From the NCBI GenBank assembly GCA_963704905.1, contig CAVPHZ010000001.1:643438-707437 (forward strand): 64,000 bases of DNA, in the 5' to 3' direction. The DNA is from Candidatus Chisholmbacteria bacterium. GTDB taxonomy: Bacteria; Patescibacteriota; Microgenomatia; UBA1400; Chisholmbacteraceae. Positions 1 through 10,200 of the stretch are shown in pieces. The notes under the pieces are model-generated. The model was not told the origin of the DNA. It was given only the letters and a program-made list of their open reading frames with translations, and did no database searches. The translations under genes were made by a program, and so were the position numbers. Within the stretch, counting starts at the first letter, position 1; each line of letters opens with the position of its first letter.

Positions 1-4
1 CGGT

Positions 5-394
5 ATGAGTAAGTATGTTCGCGATATTAATCTCTATTGGTCATTGGGTCAGTGGTTTGTGATTGTTCCTTTAGTTTCTCTGATTGGTTTTGTAGGATTT
101 GCATGGGGTCAGCTGCTTACTTCTGTTATCCTTATTATCCCAATCCGACGGCTTAAGAGGAGAATACCTCTTTCGCTATCTAAATATATATTACCCTATA
201 TTATCATTTCAATAGCTAGTGGTTTATTGGTCAATGGTTTGCATCGATTGGTTCCTGTGGAGAATATTTATCAGCTTTTTTTCTATGCGTTTATTGGAGG
301 GGTTAGCTATCTTGTGCTTGTTTTCGCTTTTCGAAGGAGAGAGGTTTTTGAGAATGTTTTGAAGGTAAAGACGTTTACATTTGAGAAAGGTTAG
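5..394 (+). CDS. C-terminal part of a polytopic membrane protein, probable oligosaccharide flippase (5' truncated by the window edge)
   Basis: Several hydrophobic helices with a basic C-terminal tail; glycosylation-cluster context. Confidence 0.5.
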   Translation: MSKYVRDINLYWSLGQWFVIVPLVSLIGFVGFAWGQLLTSVILIIPIRRLKRRIPLSLSKYILPYIIISIASGLLVNGLHRLVPVENIYQLFFYAFIGGVSYLVLVFAFRRREVFENVLKVKTFTFEKG

Positions 395-444
395 ATTGCT
401 GCTAATTTTTCTTTTTCTTCGTCCAAATTATTTACGATAGTGAT

Positions 445-1665
445 TTACTTGGTGTTCGGCTTATTACCTTTAAAAAGCGAATGGAATACAACTGCGAAGG
501 CGATGATATTAATGCTTAGTACTGCAAACTCCCAGAGTGGATTGTAGATAAAGAATGATACGAAGATGAGGAATGCATAGGTTGTTGCGAAAGCTGGAAA
601 GTGATTTTTTCTTCGTAAGGTATCCCACAGCATGAGGAAGACGAAACCTGGAAGATGGTGTCGGAAGAATACCCATTTGCTGAGGATATTCGATGCAAGG
701 AGTATGAGTGTGGTAAGGCCGTAGATCTCTAGTTTATCAGACGTTCCTTTTCTGAGCTTGATGTAGAGTATTGACAAAGTGGTGATGGTTGCTAGCAGTA
801 TCGTATTTGCCAATATTGTTAGTGGTTCTGAGAAAGTGTTTATGAGTAATACTCTTCTGGATATTGCATCGATAAACCACCAGAGGCTCGGACCGCGAAT
901 GATCATTTGCTGAGTGTAGCCAATGATTCCGTACCAAGTTTCTCTTGGATATATCAAGAAAAAGGGAGCTACAAATGCAAGGAAGGTGAGGGATGTTGCT
1001 ATTCCTAGTCTTATCGAATTGTTTAGATTTCGGTTGGCTAACAGCATCCAAATTGGGAGAAAAATAAAGATTGCAGATTGCTTTGCAGCAAACGCAATGC
1101 CAAAGAGTAAACCAGCCAGCCAGTAGCGATGGATATCAAGCGTCTGAATAGCAAGAAGAGAAAAGAATACTACCAGTGTTTCGGGATGACCCATAAAGCC
1201 AGAAGTGAAGAGGTAGAAGCCAGAGAAGAAGAGCAGGATGATTACGGTGTTTATTGTTGAGGTTGATAACGTTGGACGGAATTTTTTGATTATCTTGGTG
1301 ATAAGGAAGATGGTTGCGATATCCACTAGAAATAACGAACTACTGTACACCTGGGTAACGAGTTCTTGTGACCAACCAAGTTTTCCCCCGATGATTACGA
1401 ACGGATAGATGAGTAATAATAATAGTGGAGGACAGCAGTACCCTGCACCGTTTGGTGGCGCTATCGAAATAATGCGTAGGTGTGACCAGGGATCAAATGT
1501 GGGTAGGTAGTGAGAGAGGGCTACTAGCCAGGCTTTGTCTTGATGTTGCCATCCCATAAGGTTTGCGAGTGTGCCGACCATGAAATACAATATTGCTGTT
1601 ACTCCGAAGACCCCTGAGGAATTTGAGTAGTATGTTTTCTTGGTTTTCACTTTTCTATGGTTCAT
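445..1665 (-). CDS. GT-C fold membrane glycosyltransferase (GT87/PIG-M-like)
   Basis: About 10 TM helices; YxxPP-like loop (GYCCPP), GHPE, and AGLLFGIAFAAKQ motif typical of GT-C enzymes. Confidence 0.7.
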   Translation of the reverse strand: MNHRKVKTKKTYYSNSSGVFGVTAILYFMVGTLANLMGWQHQDKAWLVALSHYLPTFDPWSHLRIISIAPPNGAGYCCPPLLLLLIYPFVIIGGKLGWSQELVTQVYSSSLFLVDIATIFLITKIIKKFRPTLSTSTINTVIILLFFSGFYLFTSGFMGHPETLVVFFSLLAIQTLDIHRYWLAGLLFGIAFAAKQSAIFIFLPIWMLLANRNLNNSIRLGIATSLTFLAFVAPFFLIYPRETWYGIIGYTQQMIIRGPSLWWFIDAISRRVLLINTFSEPLTILANTILLATITTLSILYIKLRKGTSDKLEIYGLTTLILLASNILSKWVFFRHHLPGFVFLMLWDTLRRKNHFPAFATTYAFLIFVSFFIYNPLWEFAVLSINIIAFAVVFHSLFKGNKPNTK

Positions 1666-1863
1666 GCTTATGTGTTACCCATATATACCATGCTTTTTTG
1701 TAAACGTGCATTCGACTTTTTCTTCTTTCTTGGCAAGCATGTTTTTGGTAAGTTCATGTTATACAAGTTCGGTATGATATTAATCTCATTAGTCAAGTGA
1801 TTGGAGTACGCAAATGCAGGTTCGTAAGCATTTATTAGATCGAGTAGTAATGGTAGGTCTAAA

Positions 1864-2781
1864 ATGAAATCATCACGAATTCCGACTGTGTCTATTATTA
1901 TGCCTAATTATAATGGTAGAGCGGTAGTTGAAGAGTGCCTGACTTCTCTTAAAGCAATGGCCTATCCAAAGAATAAGGTTGAGACAATCATGGTTGATAA
2001 TCACTCCTCTGATGATTCTGTTGAGTTTGTCAAGACGCGTTTCCCTTGGGTAAAGGTTTTAGCACTAGAACGAGGATATGGATTAGCAGGGGCTCTTAAT
2101 AGAGGCGCACAGATTTCCAAAGCTGATTATTTGTTACTGATTAATAATGACATTGTTGCTGATCGATCAGTATTGAAGTATTTAGTGCAGACTGCTCAGA
2201 TGCAGTCGGATGTTGGAGCGGTAGGGCCTATGGCTTTTACCTACCACGATCGAAGTCTCATCGAGAAAGCTTGGGGGAAGATGGATCTTTCGTCTCTTGA
2301 GATTGAGTCAGTTGGGAGAGGGGAAAAAGATACCGGACAATATGATCAAGTTGAACTCGTCGATGCCTGCATTTTCATTACCGTGTTAGTTCCGAGGGAT
2401 GTGTATATGCGGATTGGGCCGTTGAACGAGCGATTTTTCATTTATTATGAAGACAATGATTTCTTTTTTCGCCTCCGAGCTGCAGGCTTGAAGTGCTATC
2501 TTGCAGCTGGTGCGAAAATTTGGCATATGGGGAGCAAGTTAAGTGGCCCTTCCAGTCCACAGACGATTTATTATCTTTCTCGAAACAAACTTCTCTTTCA
2601 AAGTACTCTGCGAGCGTTTTCAGTTGCAGAACACTTGAGAAACGCTCGGTTTTTTGGTTCGTCTTTGTTGCTCTCAGTATTGCGACAGAAAGAGAAGAAG
2701 GAGCATCTCTCAGTTGCTTTGGGTATCATAGATTATTACAGAGGTAAATTTGGAGAGCGAACACTTCGGTTTACAACATGA
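1864..2781 (+). CDS. glycosyltransferase family 2
   Basis: VSIIMPNYNG, MVDNHSSDDS, LLINND, FFIYYEDND motifs. Confidence 0.92.
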   Translation: MKSSRIPTVSIIMPNYNGRAVVEECLTSLKAMAYPKNKVETIMVDNHSSDDSVEFVKTRFPWVKVLALERGYGLAGALNRGAQISKADYLLLINNDIVADRSVLKYLVQTAQMQSDVGAVGPMAFTYHDRSLIEKAWGKMDLSSLEIESVGRGEKDTGQYDQVELVDACIFITVLVPRDVYMRIGPLNERFFIYYEDNDFFFRLRAAGLKCYLAAGAKIWHMGSKLSGPSSPQTIYYLSRNKLLFQSTLRAFSVAEHLRNARFFGSSLLLSVLRQKEKKEHLSVALGIIDYYRGKFGERTLRFTT

Positions 2782-3617
2782 GGAAAAAACTATCGGTTAT
2801 CATTCCGGTTTACAATGAAGAAAAGTACATTGGTGTGTGTCTCTCCTCGATATGTAAGCAGTCACTTCTCCCTGATGAGGTGATCGTTGTAGATGATGGT
2901 TCTACTGATAGGACTGTGAAGATTCTGTCTGAGTTTGAAACACCAAAGTTTCGGTTTCAAGTGTTTCAACAGACGCATCAGGGATCTGCCGTGGCTAGGA
3001 ATTTAGGAGCCAGACGCTCCTTTGGGGATATTTTGATATTTGTTGATGGAGACATGCGCTTTGATAAGCATTATCTCAAGAAATTAGTTGCACCCATCAT
3101 AAAAAGGAAAGCAAAGGCCACGTTCACCAGAGAAGAGTATGTGGCGGATTCTGCTAATGTTTGGTCTAGGTGCTGGAGTGTTAACAGTTATTTACCTCAA
3201 GACCTTCACATTGATCCGAACATGCCTGACGAGACGACGAATTTCCGGGCGATTACTCGAGATGTGTTTTTTGAAACTCAAGGTTATCTCGATACGGGTT
3301 ATGGTGGGGATGTAACAGTTTTGGAGCAATTGCCTGATATCCGAGCCAAAGCGGCTGAAGGTGCGGTGTGTTATCACTACAATCCTTCGTCTTTGTGGGA
3401 AGTTTTCATATCATCGCGGTGGATGGGGAGGGGTGAGGTTATCAGTGCGCGTTGGCGATCGTTTCTGATTTATTCATTGCCCAACTCGCTCCGGAGGGGC
3501 GTTTGGGAGGCTTTTAGGAGGCGTTTACCCTGGTTTATTCCATTCAAGATCGTGGTGGATTTTGGAGTGTGGATAGGACTTGTTGAGCAGAGATTGGGAA
3601 GAGCGCATTATAAGTGA
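2778..3617 (+). CDS. glycosyltransferase family 2
   Basis: SVIIPVYNEE, VVDDGSTD, ARNLG, FVDGD; ATGA overlap with upstream gene. Confidence 0.92.
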   Translation: MRKKLSVIIPVYNEEKYIGVCLSSICKQSLLPDEVIVVDDGSTDRTVKILSEFETPKFRFQVFQQTHQGSAVARNLGARRSFGDILIFVDGDMRFDKHYLKKLVAPIIKRKAKATFTREEYVADSANVWSRCWSVNSYLPQDLHIDPNMPDETTNFRAITRDVFFETQGYLDTGYGGDVTVLEQLPDIRAKAAEGAVCYHYNPSSLWEVFISSRWMGRGEVISARWRSFLIYSLPNSLRRGVWEAFRRRLPWFIPFKIVVDFGVWIGLVEQRLGRAHYK

Positions 3618-3830
3618 GCTTTTATTTATTACTGATATATTAGTGCTACATTCTTTGTAATATTATCTATTACTATATACTATTATATTGTTATATATGA
3701 GGAGTTGGAGACGGATTAGCAGAGAGATGAGTATTTTCTTTTTAGAAAATGTTTTTTTACACTCACGGTCCATTGAAACAATCTGCATTAGGAACGGGGA
3801 TTATTTCGTCTAGTCATTTCGGATTGTTGT

Positions 3831-4706
3831 ATGCATGGTGGTTTTTTCAAGAAGAAGCTGCTCTCTACTATCTGGGAGAAGCCTAGTTACGCACGGGCTA
3901 GTGAGAAAGAAATTCAGAAACAACTTTCGAGTAATCTGGGTCACTTGAGGTTATTGGAGTATTCGAAGAGAGCATCTCTTATTCTCGATTGCGCTTGCGG
4001 TGATGGTAGGGTTCTTTTCCACCTTTGGAGGAAGGATGCGAGATTTTGTGGAGTTGATCTCTCGAGTCGAGCGATTCAAGCAGCAAGAAAACGCCTTGGA
4101 AGGAAGGTGAATGTATCTTTATTTGTTGGAGATGTGGAACGGGTTGCAGTGAAAGGCGGGCTTTTTGATTTGGTGTATAGTTCTTATGCTTTAGAACATG
4201 TTGATGATCCCAAAATGGCAATATTGGAGATGATTCGATTGTTAGCTCGGGGTGGAACAATGATTATTGTCTGTCCTAATTATGGCTCTCCTTTTCATCC
4301 GTCTGCTTCCAGTCCTCCTCCTCGAATGACACTTTTTAGCAGAGCAATGAGGATATTTTTTAAGAGTCATGGAGCTGTGGTTGTTGAGCCACGAAGCTTG
4401 GGTTGGATGAAAGTTCAGCCGAAAGCGATTGTTGAGGGGAGATGGGAGCAAGATTGGGATACTACTGTAGAGCCGTATGTTCAGACATTGCTTCCTTTTT
4501 TACGTAGGAATGGTGTGGAGATTCTTGAGTATTCGTCTGGACTTGAGCGGAGAAGCGAATCCAGCTGGGATGATCTGCGAGGAGTTTCGCTTCAACAATT
4601 GATTTTGAAGATATTTCGGAAGTGGTTTGAATTTCTTGGAAGAATTGGGATTGTACCGTATCTATATTATGGACCAACTTTGTTTGTGGTTGGGAGAAAG
4701 ACATAG
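3831..4706 (+). CDS. class I SAM-dependent methyltransferase
   Basis: ILDCACGDG motif I, GVDLS, FDLV...LEHV, LARGG. Confidence 0.88.
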   Translation: MHGGFFKKKLLSTIWEKPSYARASEKEIQKQLSSNLGHLRLLEYSKRASLILDCACGDGRVLFHLWRKDARFCGVDLSSRAIQAARKRLGRKVNVSLFVGDVERVAVKGGLFDLVYSSYALEHVDDPKMAILEMIRLLARGGTMIIVCPNYGSPFHPSASSPPPRMTLFSRAMRIFFKSHGAVVVEPRSLGWMKVQPKAIVEGRWEQDWDTTVEPYVQTLLPFLRRNGVEILEYSSGLERRSESSWDDLRGVSLQQLILKIFRKWFEFLGRIGIVPYLYYGPTLFVVGRKT

Positions 4707-4727
4707 TCCTGATGCGTCTGGATCAAC

Positions 4728-4759
4728 GCATGAACCAGGCAGAGCATGAACCAGGCAGA
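4728..4759. repeat. 16-bp perfect tandem duplication GCATGAACCAGGCAGA x2
   Basis: Read directly at 4728-4743 and 4744-4759. Confidence 0.9.
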
Positions 4760-4837
4760 CTCTTCCATTTCGGCGGGTTAGGCACGGATGACACGAATGA
4801 TATTTATAACCTTTCAGTCGCGTCAAGAAAAGAATAT

Positions 4838-5944
4838 ATGAATGCTACGAATAGCAAAAAGAGACCAAAAATTGCAATTCTTGTGCCAAGATATGGATTA
4901 GTTGAGCGGGGAGTGGAGAATTTTACCTCTGGATTGGCAGGTCATTTAAAGGGGGATTTTGAATTTACTGTTTACTCTCGGGTTAAAACCCATGAAGACA
5001 CGGAGAAGGTATTTGCTGTGCCTGAGTCCAAAGGTTTTCTTCAGAGTATATATCGTACTTTTCCAGCTGCAAAAAAGTTGATGGATAGGTATTATTTGGA
5101 TCCTCAGAGTGTTGAGATGTTGAGTTTTAGTCTCTCTGTTTTACCAAAGCTGTTATTTGGAACGCATGACCTTTTGTTTCCTCAAAATGGAGTATGGGGA
5201 GCGATGGTTTGCAGAATAATACGAGCAATGAAAGGAACGCCTTTTATTTACCGAAGTGCGGGAGGCAAGGAACCGCTGATTGTGCGACAGAAGCCGGATG
5301 TATATGTTGCAACCACCCCTGAGAATATGAAGTTTATTCGAGAATACCCGAGAGATGTGAAGGTGCAATTGATTCCAAACGCTGTGGATCTTGTGCATTT
5401 TTCACCTCGAGTGAAACCGGTTGATTTACAGATTCGGAGACCAATTGTACTTTGTGTTGGGGCACTGATTCCCTCGAAAAGACATGAGTTGGCGATACGA
5501 GCTGTTTCTAAGTTATCAGAGGGTAGTTTGGTAATTCTTGGTGATGGGCCACTGCGGAGGAATCTTGAGAAAGATGGCTTAAAGTTGTTGGGGAAGCAGC
5601 GATTTCTTTTGCGTAGGGTCAAGCATGCGGATATTGCTGGTTATTATGCTGCGGCTGATGTTTTTACATTGCCTTCGCGGGAAGAACCGTTTGGTATTGT
5701 TTACCTTGAGGCGTTAGCGTCGAATCTTCCGGTTGTTGCTCCTGATGATTCAACGCGACGATATATTATTTCTCGGGCTGGGTTTTTGTACCCACCTGGG
5801 GATGATAATTCTTACGTCAAGGCTTTAGGGAAAGCACTTGGGAAGAACTTTGGTTCTTTGCCAAGGAGACAGGCGGAGAAGTTTAGTTGGGATCGGGTTG
5901 GCAAGGAGTATCGGAAGCTTTTTTATGAACTTACTTCTGCGTAG
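4838..5944 (+). CDS. glycosyltransferase family 4
   Basis: IPNAVDL, VGALIPSKR, EEPFGIVYLEALAS (EX7E). Start moved to ATG 4838 just before the KIAILVP N-terminal strand. Confidence 0.9.
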   Translation: MNATNSKKRPKIAILVPRYGLVERGVENFTSGLAGHLKGDFEFTVYSRVKTHEDTEKVFAVPESKGFLQSIYRTFPAAKKLMDRYYLDPQSVEMLSFSLSVLPKLLFGTHDLLFPQNGVWGAMVCRIIRAMKGTPFIYRSAGGKEPLIVRQKPDVYVATTPENMKFIREYPRDVKVQLIPNAVDLVHFSPRVKPVDLQIRRPIVLCVGALIPSKRHELAIRAVSKLSEGSLVILGDGPLRRNLEKDGLKLLGKQRFLLRRVKHADIAGYYAAADVFTLPSREEPFGIVYLEALASNLPVVAPDDSTRRYIISRAGFLYPPGDDNSYVKALGKALGKNFGSLPRRQAEKFSWDRVGKEYRKLFYELTSA

Positions 5945-5964
5945 TGTGTTGGTTGAGCTGGCCA

Positions 5965-6696
5965 CTATAGTTTGAAGTTATTGATGACGCTGTTTACCTT
6001 AATAACGGCGTCCATGGTTCCGACATCAAAATAGTTTGAGCTCAGCTTCACTGCTTTGAAATTGACCTTTCCCTCTTTTGCTAATACATTGAAACCAACT
6101 CCAAGGAGCCGATCTCCTCTAGTTTTTTGGCTCATTATGTGTTTTTTAAGCTTTTTGAGAGTAGCTACATTTGCCCCCCATATTCCCCAAATCCAATTGC
6201 TGAGCGGGGGGGACTTTTTTACTAACACTCCTCGTACCCGTCCAGCTTGATCAATGCGTACGCTATCATATCTACTTCCGTCGGGCACCTTAAACACCCC
6301 TAAACAGATATCGGCACCATGGAGGAGTTGCCTTTTAAGTCTTACAAAGCTTGCAAGTGGAGAGAAGATTGTATCTGGTAGTCCAAATAAACAGATGTCA
6401 TTGTCGTTGAGATTTGAGATTGGATAGAGGCAAGATTCGGGGAGGGAGGGGGAGTTGTAGAAAACCATGCTGATGTTTGCATTGTAAGTAGCGTATTTTT
6501 TTACGATATCGATTTTCTCCGGATGGATGACGAGTTTAATTTCATCCACCTTGGCGTGTTGCAGCGCGCGTATAGAAAACTCCGAAATTGCATAGTGGCG
6601 ATTCTTGTATGCCACTGGATAGAGCTCTTTTGAAAAAGCAATTGGCTGCAATCTCGAACCTTTTCCAGCCATTGGTAAAATTCCGTAGCATTTCAT
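5965..6696 (-). CDS. sugar-phosphate nucleotidyltransferase (RmlA/NTP_transferase-like)
   Basis: GILPMAGKGSRLQP..FSKELYPV, FGLPDT, YFDVGT; likely start ATG 6696. Confidence 0.85.
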   Translation of the reverse strand: MKCYGILPMAGKGSRLQPIAFSKELYPVAYKNRHYAISEFSIRALQHAKVDEIKLVIHPEKIDIVKKYATYNANISMVFYNSPSLPESCLYPISNLNDNDICLFGLPDTIFSPLASFVRLKRQLLHGADICLGVFKVPDGSRYDSVRIDQAGRVRGVLVKKSPPLSNWIWGIWGANVATLKKLKKHIMSQKTRGDRLLGVGFNVLAKEGKVNFKAVKLSSNYFDVGTMDAVIKVNSVINNFKL

Positions 6697-6847
6697 CGAT
6701 AAGTTCCCCGTTGTTTGGTGGTTGATGGATATGTGTATCTTAGCAAATTCATCCGCTTGATCACTTGGCATTTGATATTTGACCGATTGTGTTTGGTCAT
6801 AAACCTTTCAGAGATGGTCTTAACAGATTTAGAAGGGTCGATTTCTT

Positions 6848-7183
6848 TTGAAAAAAGTTCCTCATCGGGAAGTTGTTCGCTACTATGCGGTTGCGGATGT
6901 TTTTACGCTTGCATCTAAGGATGGGCTGTTTGGAATTGTGTATCTTGAGTCAATGGCAAGCAATTTACCAGTTGTTGCACCTGATGATGAGAGTGGAAGG
7001 TCCATTTTAGGAAAGGCTGGAGAGTATTTTTCTTCTAGGAGATTTATTGAATATTCTGAGGTGTTGCAAGAGGTTGTTCGAAAGCAATTTGGCCAAAATC
7101 CAAGAAAACAGGCGGAGAAGTATAGTTGGGATGTTGTCGGGAAGCAGTATCGTCAGTTGATTCACATTCTTGTTTCAGCGTAG
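6848..7183 (+). pseudogene. C-terminal fragment of a GT4, paralogous to 4838-5944
   Basis: YYAVADVFTLAS..LFGIVYLESMASNLPVVAPDD..PRKQAEKYSWD aligns with the end of the upstream GT4; N-terminal domain absent. Confidence 0.75.
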
Positions 7184-7244
7184 AGAACTCCAATTTGTGT
7201 TATTCTAGTTGAGACGTTCTCTCCTAATTGAGGTAATTCTGCCT

Positions 7245-10200
7245 ATGAAAAATACTCGAAAGAAGAAGGTAAAGAATACAGTTTTAAATAGACTTTTTTC
7301 TTTGGCTCTTCACATGCCACCAGTGGCTATCGTTATTTTTGCGTGGTCAATTGTTGCCCGTTGGTATTTTACTCACTCTCCAGCCCTTGGTGTTGATCTT
7401 TTTAATACTGCTACCTATGTGACTTATCTATCGAAAAATTATGTCCCTCGCTTATTTGCATGGAAATATATCTGGTGGTCTGGCCACCCTCTGGTTGGGG
7501 AGTATCCAACGCTTCATGCCTATCTTATTGCTCCGTTTGTCCATTACTTTGGAGCTGTTACAGCTGTACAAGCTTATATGTTAGTGCAGCTTCTTTTATT
7601 TTTCTTGTTTATGTACCTTCTCTTTTCTGAAATATCTAGGAGTCGATATCTTTCGAGCTTTTTGGTCGTGCTGGCGGTATTTTCTATTGGGACTTATGGC
7701 GCCCTCGTATGGGGAGGTTCGTTACCTTACTTTGGTACGCAGACGTTTCTTCCTCTAGTTCTATTTTTGTTTGTCCGATTCCTTCAGCAAAAAGATAAAC
7801 GATCGTTAGTGTTATCCGGAGCTTTGACCGGGTTGAGTCTTTTTGGTCATCCTCAGATCGCAATTGTCTATATTCTTCCAGCGGTGTTTTTACTGTTAGC
7901 GTTATGGTCCGATAAAGCAATACCATTTTTATCGAAGAAAAAGATAAAGATTTTTGCGCTATTTTCCGGACTCGCTGCATTTGTTGGGTATTTTGAAATG
8001 TATGGAAGAACAGGAGTAAGTTTGCTGTTGCTTCCATTGTGGATAGTTAACTACATGCTGTCGTTTTTCGGTTCGAAGCTCCCTTCTTTTGTTCCTGCTC
8101 AAATTACTGAGGGAAATGTGAGCATAGGGGTAGGACTTTCCGCAACACAACTCGCTATTTTAAAAGTACAGCATGAGCGAATTTATTTACTTTTTAAAGA
8201 AATTCACCCTGCTTTTTTTGTCATGATGGGAGTGTTGCTGATCGTCGCACTTGTACTTATTCTTATTTCGAAAAGTAAAAAGCAGTTATTGCGAATGGTG
8301 CCGTATGGGATTCTCAGTTTGTATTTTGTCTTTTACATCTGGCTATATTCCAGAGGAATATCATTTTTTCATGGAGGATGGTATCGAGTATTCTGGTCAT
8401 TTCCACTTTTTTTTGGAATGTTCATTTCTTGGGAGTGGAGTGTTGTTCAACAAGCGGTGAAGAGGTTTGTATCAAAATCTCCGCGGAGAAGTATTCTTAT
8501 TTTCGGATCAGTAATCTTTATTGGAGTGACAATCTGGGTGTTTATTCAGAGTCCAAGAAATTTTTTTGAAAACATTGATAATCTTGATTTAGCCTACAGC
8601 GTACAGAGTAGCGCTTTTCCGGCACCTTTGAACTTTTTATTTCGAGAGCATCAAACAGATCAACTTAAGGAGCAGCTTGTTCCAGGGTGGCTTGAAGCAA
8701 ATAATCGAGAATTTCGATTATATGAAGCAGATGCACAGGTGAATATCTGGTGGAATACGATGTTTGATATGCCAGTTCAACGTGGTTATATTGATCCACC
8801 CATTGGAACTGAACGACGGGGTGGATACTTCTGGTTAGACATTGCCATGAAGGCTGATCAACTCGTAACAGAATTTGAAGTGCCAGAAGATATTGCACTT
8901 CAGAATGCACTGTTTTTACTCGATTGGTTTGGAATTAAATACATCGAAGCAGGACATTCGAGTGATTCTTTTGCTCCACTTTCTTCATACTTACAGAGTG
9001 CTGATCTTTTTTCTAAAGAAGAACGACTTTGGTATCCAGATAAGAAACGCTTTTTTTCATATTATCTCGATCATGAACCAGTTCCATTACGAGCAATAAA
9101 CAAACCACAACTGCTATTTGTGGGAAATGAACCTGCGTATAGAGCAACTGTTGAGGCTCTGCGTACTTCTGCTACGAATCCAGACTTTGTAATTATTCGT
9201 GGCCCTGATTACATTGATCGATTGTCTACGAAAGGATTGCAAAAATATGATGGTTTGATTCTCTATGATTATGCTTATCGAGATTATAGTAATCAAGATC
9301 AAGCGTATGCTGTTGTAGCTGACTTTCTTTCTAGTGGAAAAAATGTGTTTATTGAGACAGGTGGAGGGGTATACGAGTCTGACAGTTTACGAGGGCAGTC
9401 TTTTGCATCAGTGCTTGCCAAAGGAAGAGCATTACCTTCTCTGTTTCCTGTTCTTGCAACTGAAAAGGATAGCTTTGGAGATGATTGGGATCTCACTGTG
9501 GAGAGGAAAAGTTTTCTTGAGGGTGTGAGCGTAGATCAGTTTGCTCCACCATTGAGTTTAAGTACTGAAGGCTCTGAAGACAATGCTCCATGGGAAGTAT
9601 CTTTTGCTGATGAAAAGGCAGTTGATCGTGGAGCTACTGTTTTGATACGCAATCACGGAATACCGGTTGCTGCGGAGAAGCGGTTTGGTGAAGGCAGAAT
9701 TATATGGAGCGGGCTTAATCTTGGTGTGCATGCAGAACAATACCAGAATTATAACGAGCGGTTGTTTTTATCAAATATGTTGCTGTCACTGTATGATTTT
9801 CAATCGCGAATGCAGCCAGAATATGAAGTGGATTCGAAGGCACCAGGTCATCTTTCCGTATCAGTTCATGGAGATGCAAACGGTATTTTCTTAGCTCAAG
9901 AAACCATTGAAGGTTGGGCAGCAACTATCGAAGGGAAGGATACTTCTTTGATACAAAGCCTCGAATTCCCTGAGCCAGGGTTATTTATTAAACTTCCAGC
10001 GAAGGAGTGGAAGAATCTTGATGTAGAGTTTGTCTACCAGGGGAAACAATTCCTTCAGTACTACGAACTAAAGGATGAGTTCAGCTCACCTATATTACAT
10101 CCGACGAACGCATCTGTTATTGCTGTAGTTGGAGATGATAATTCGTATGAGACGTTTTTTCGAAATCTGGGAACGAATAATCTCAATTCAAAAAAGATTA

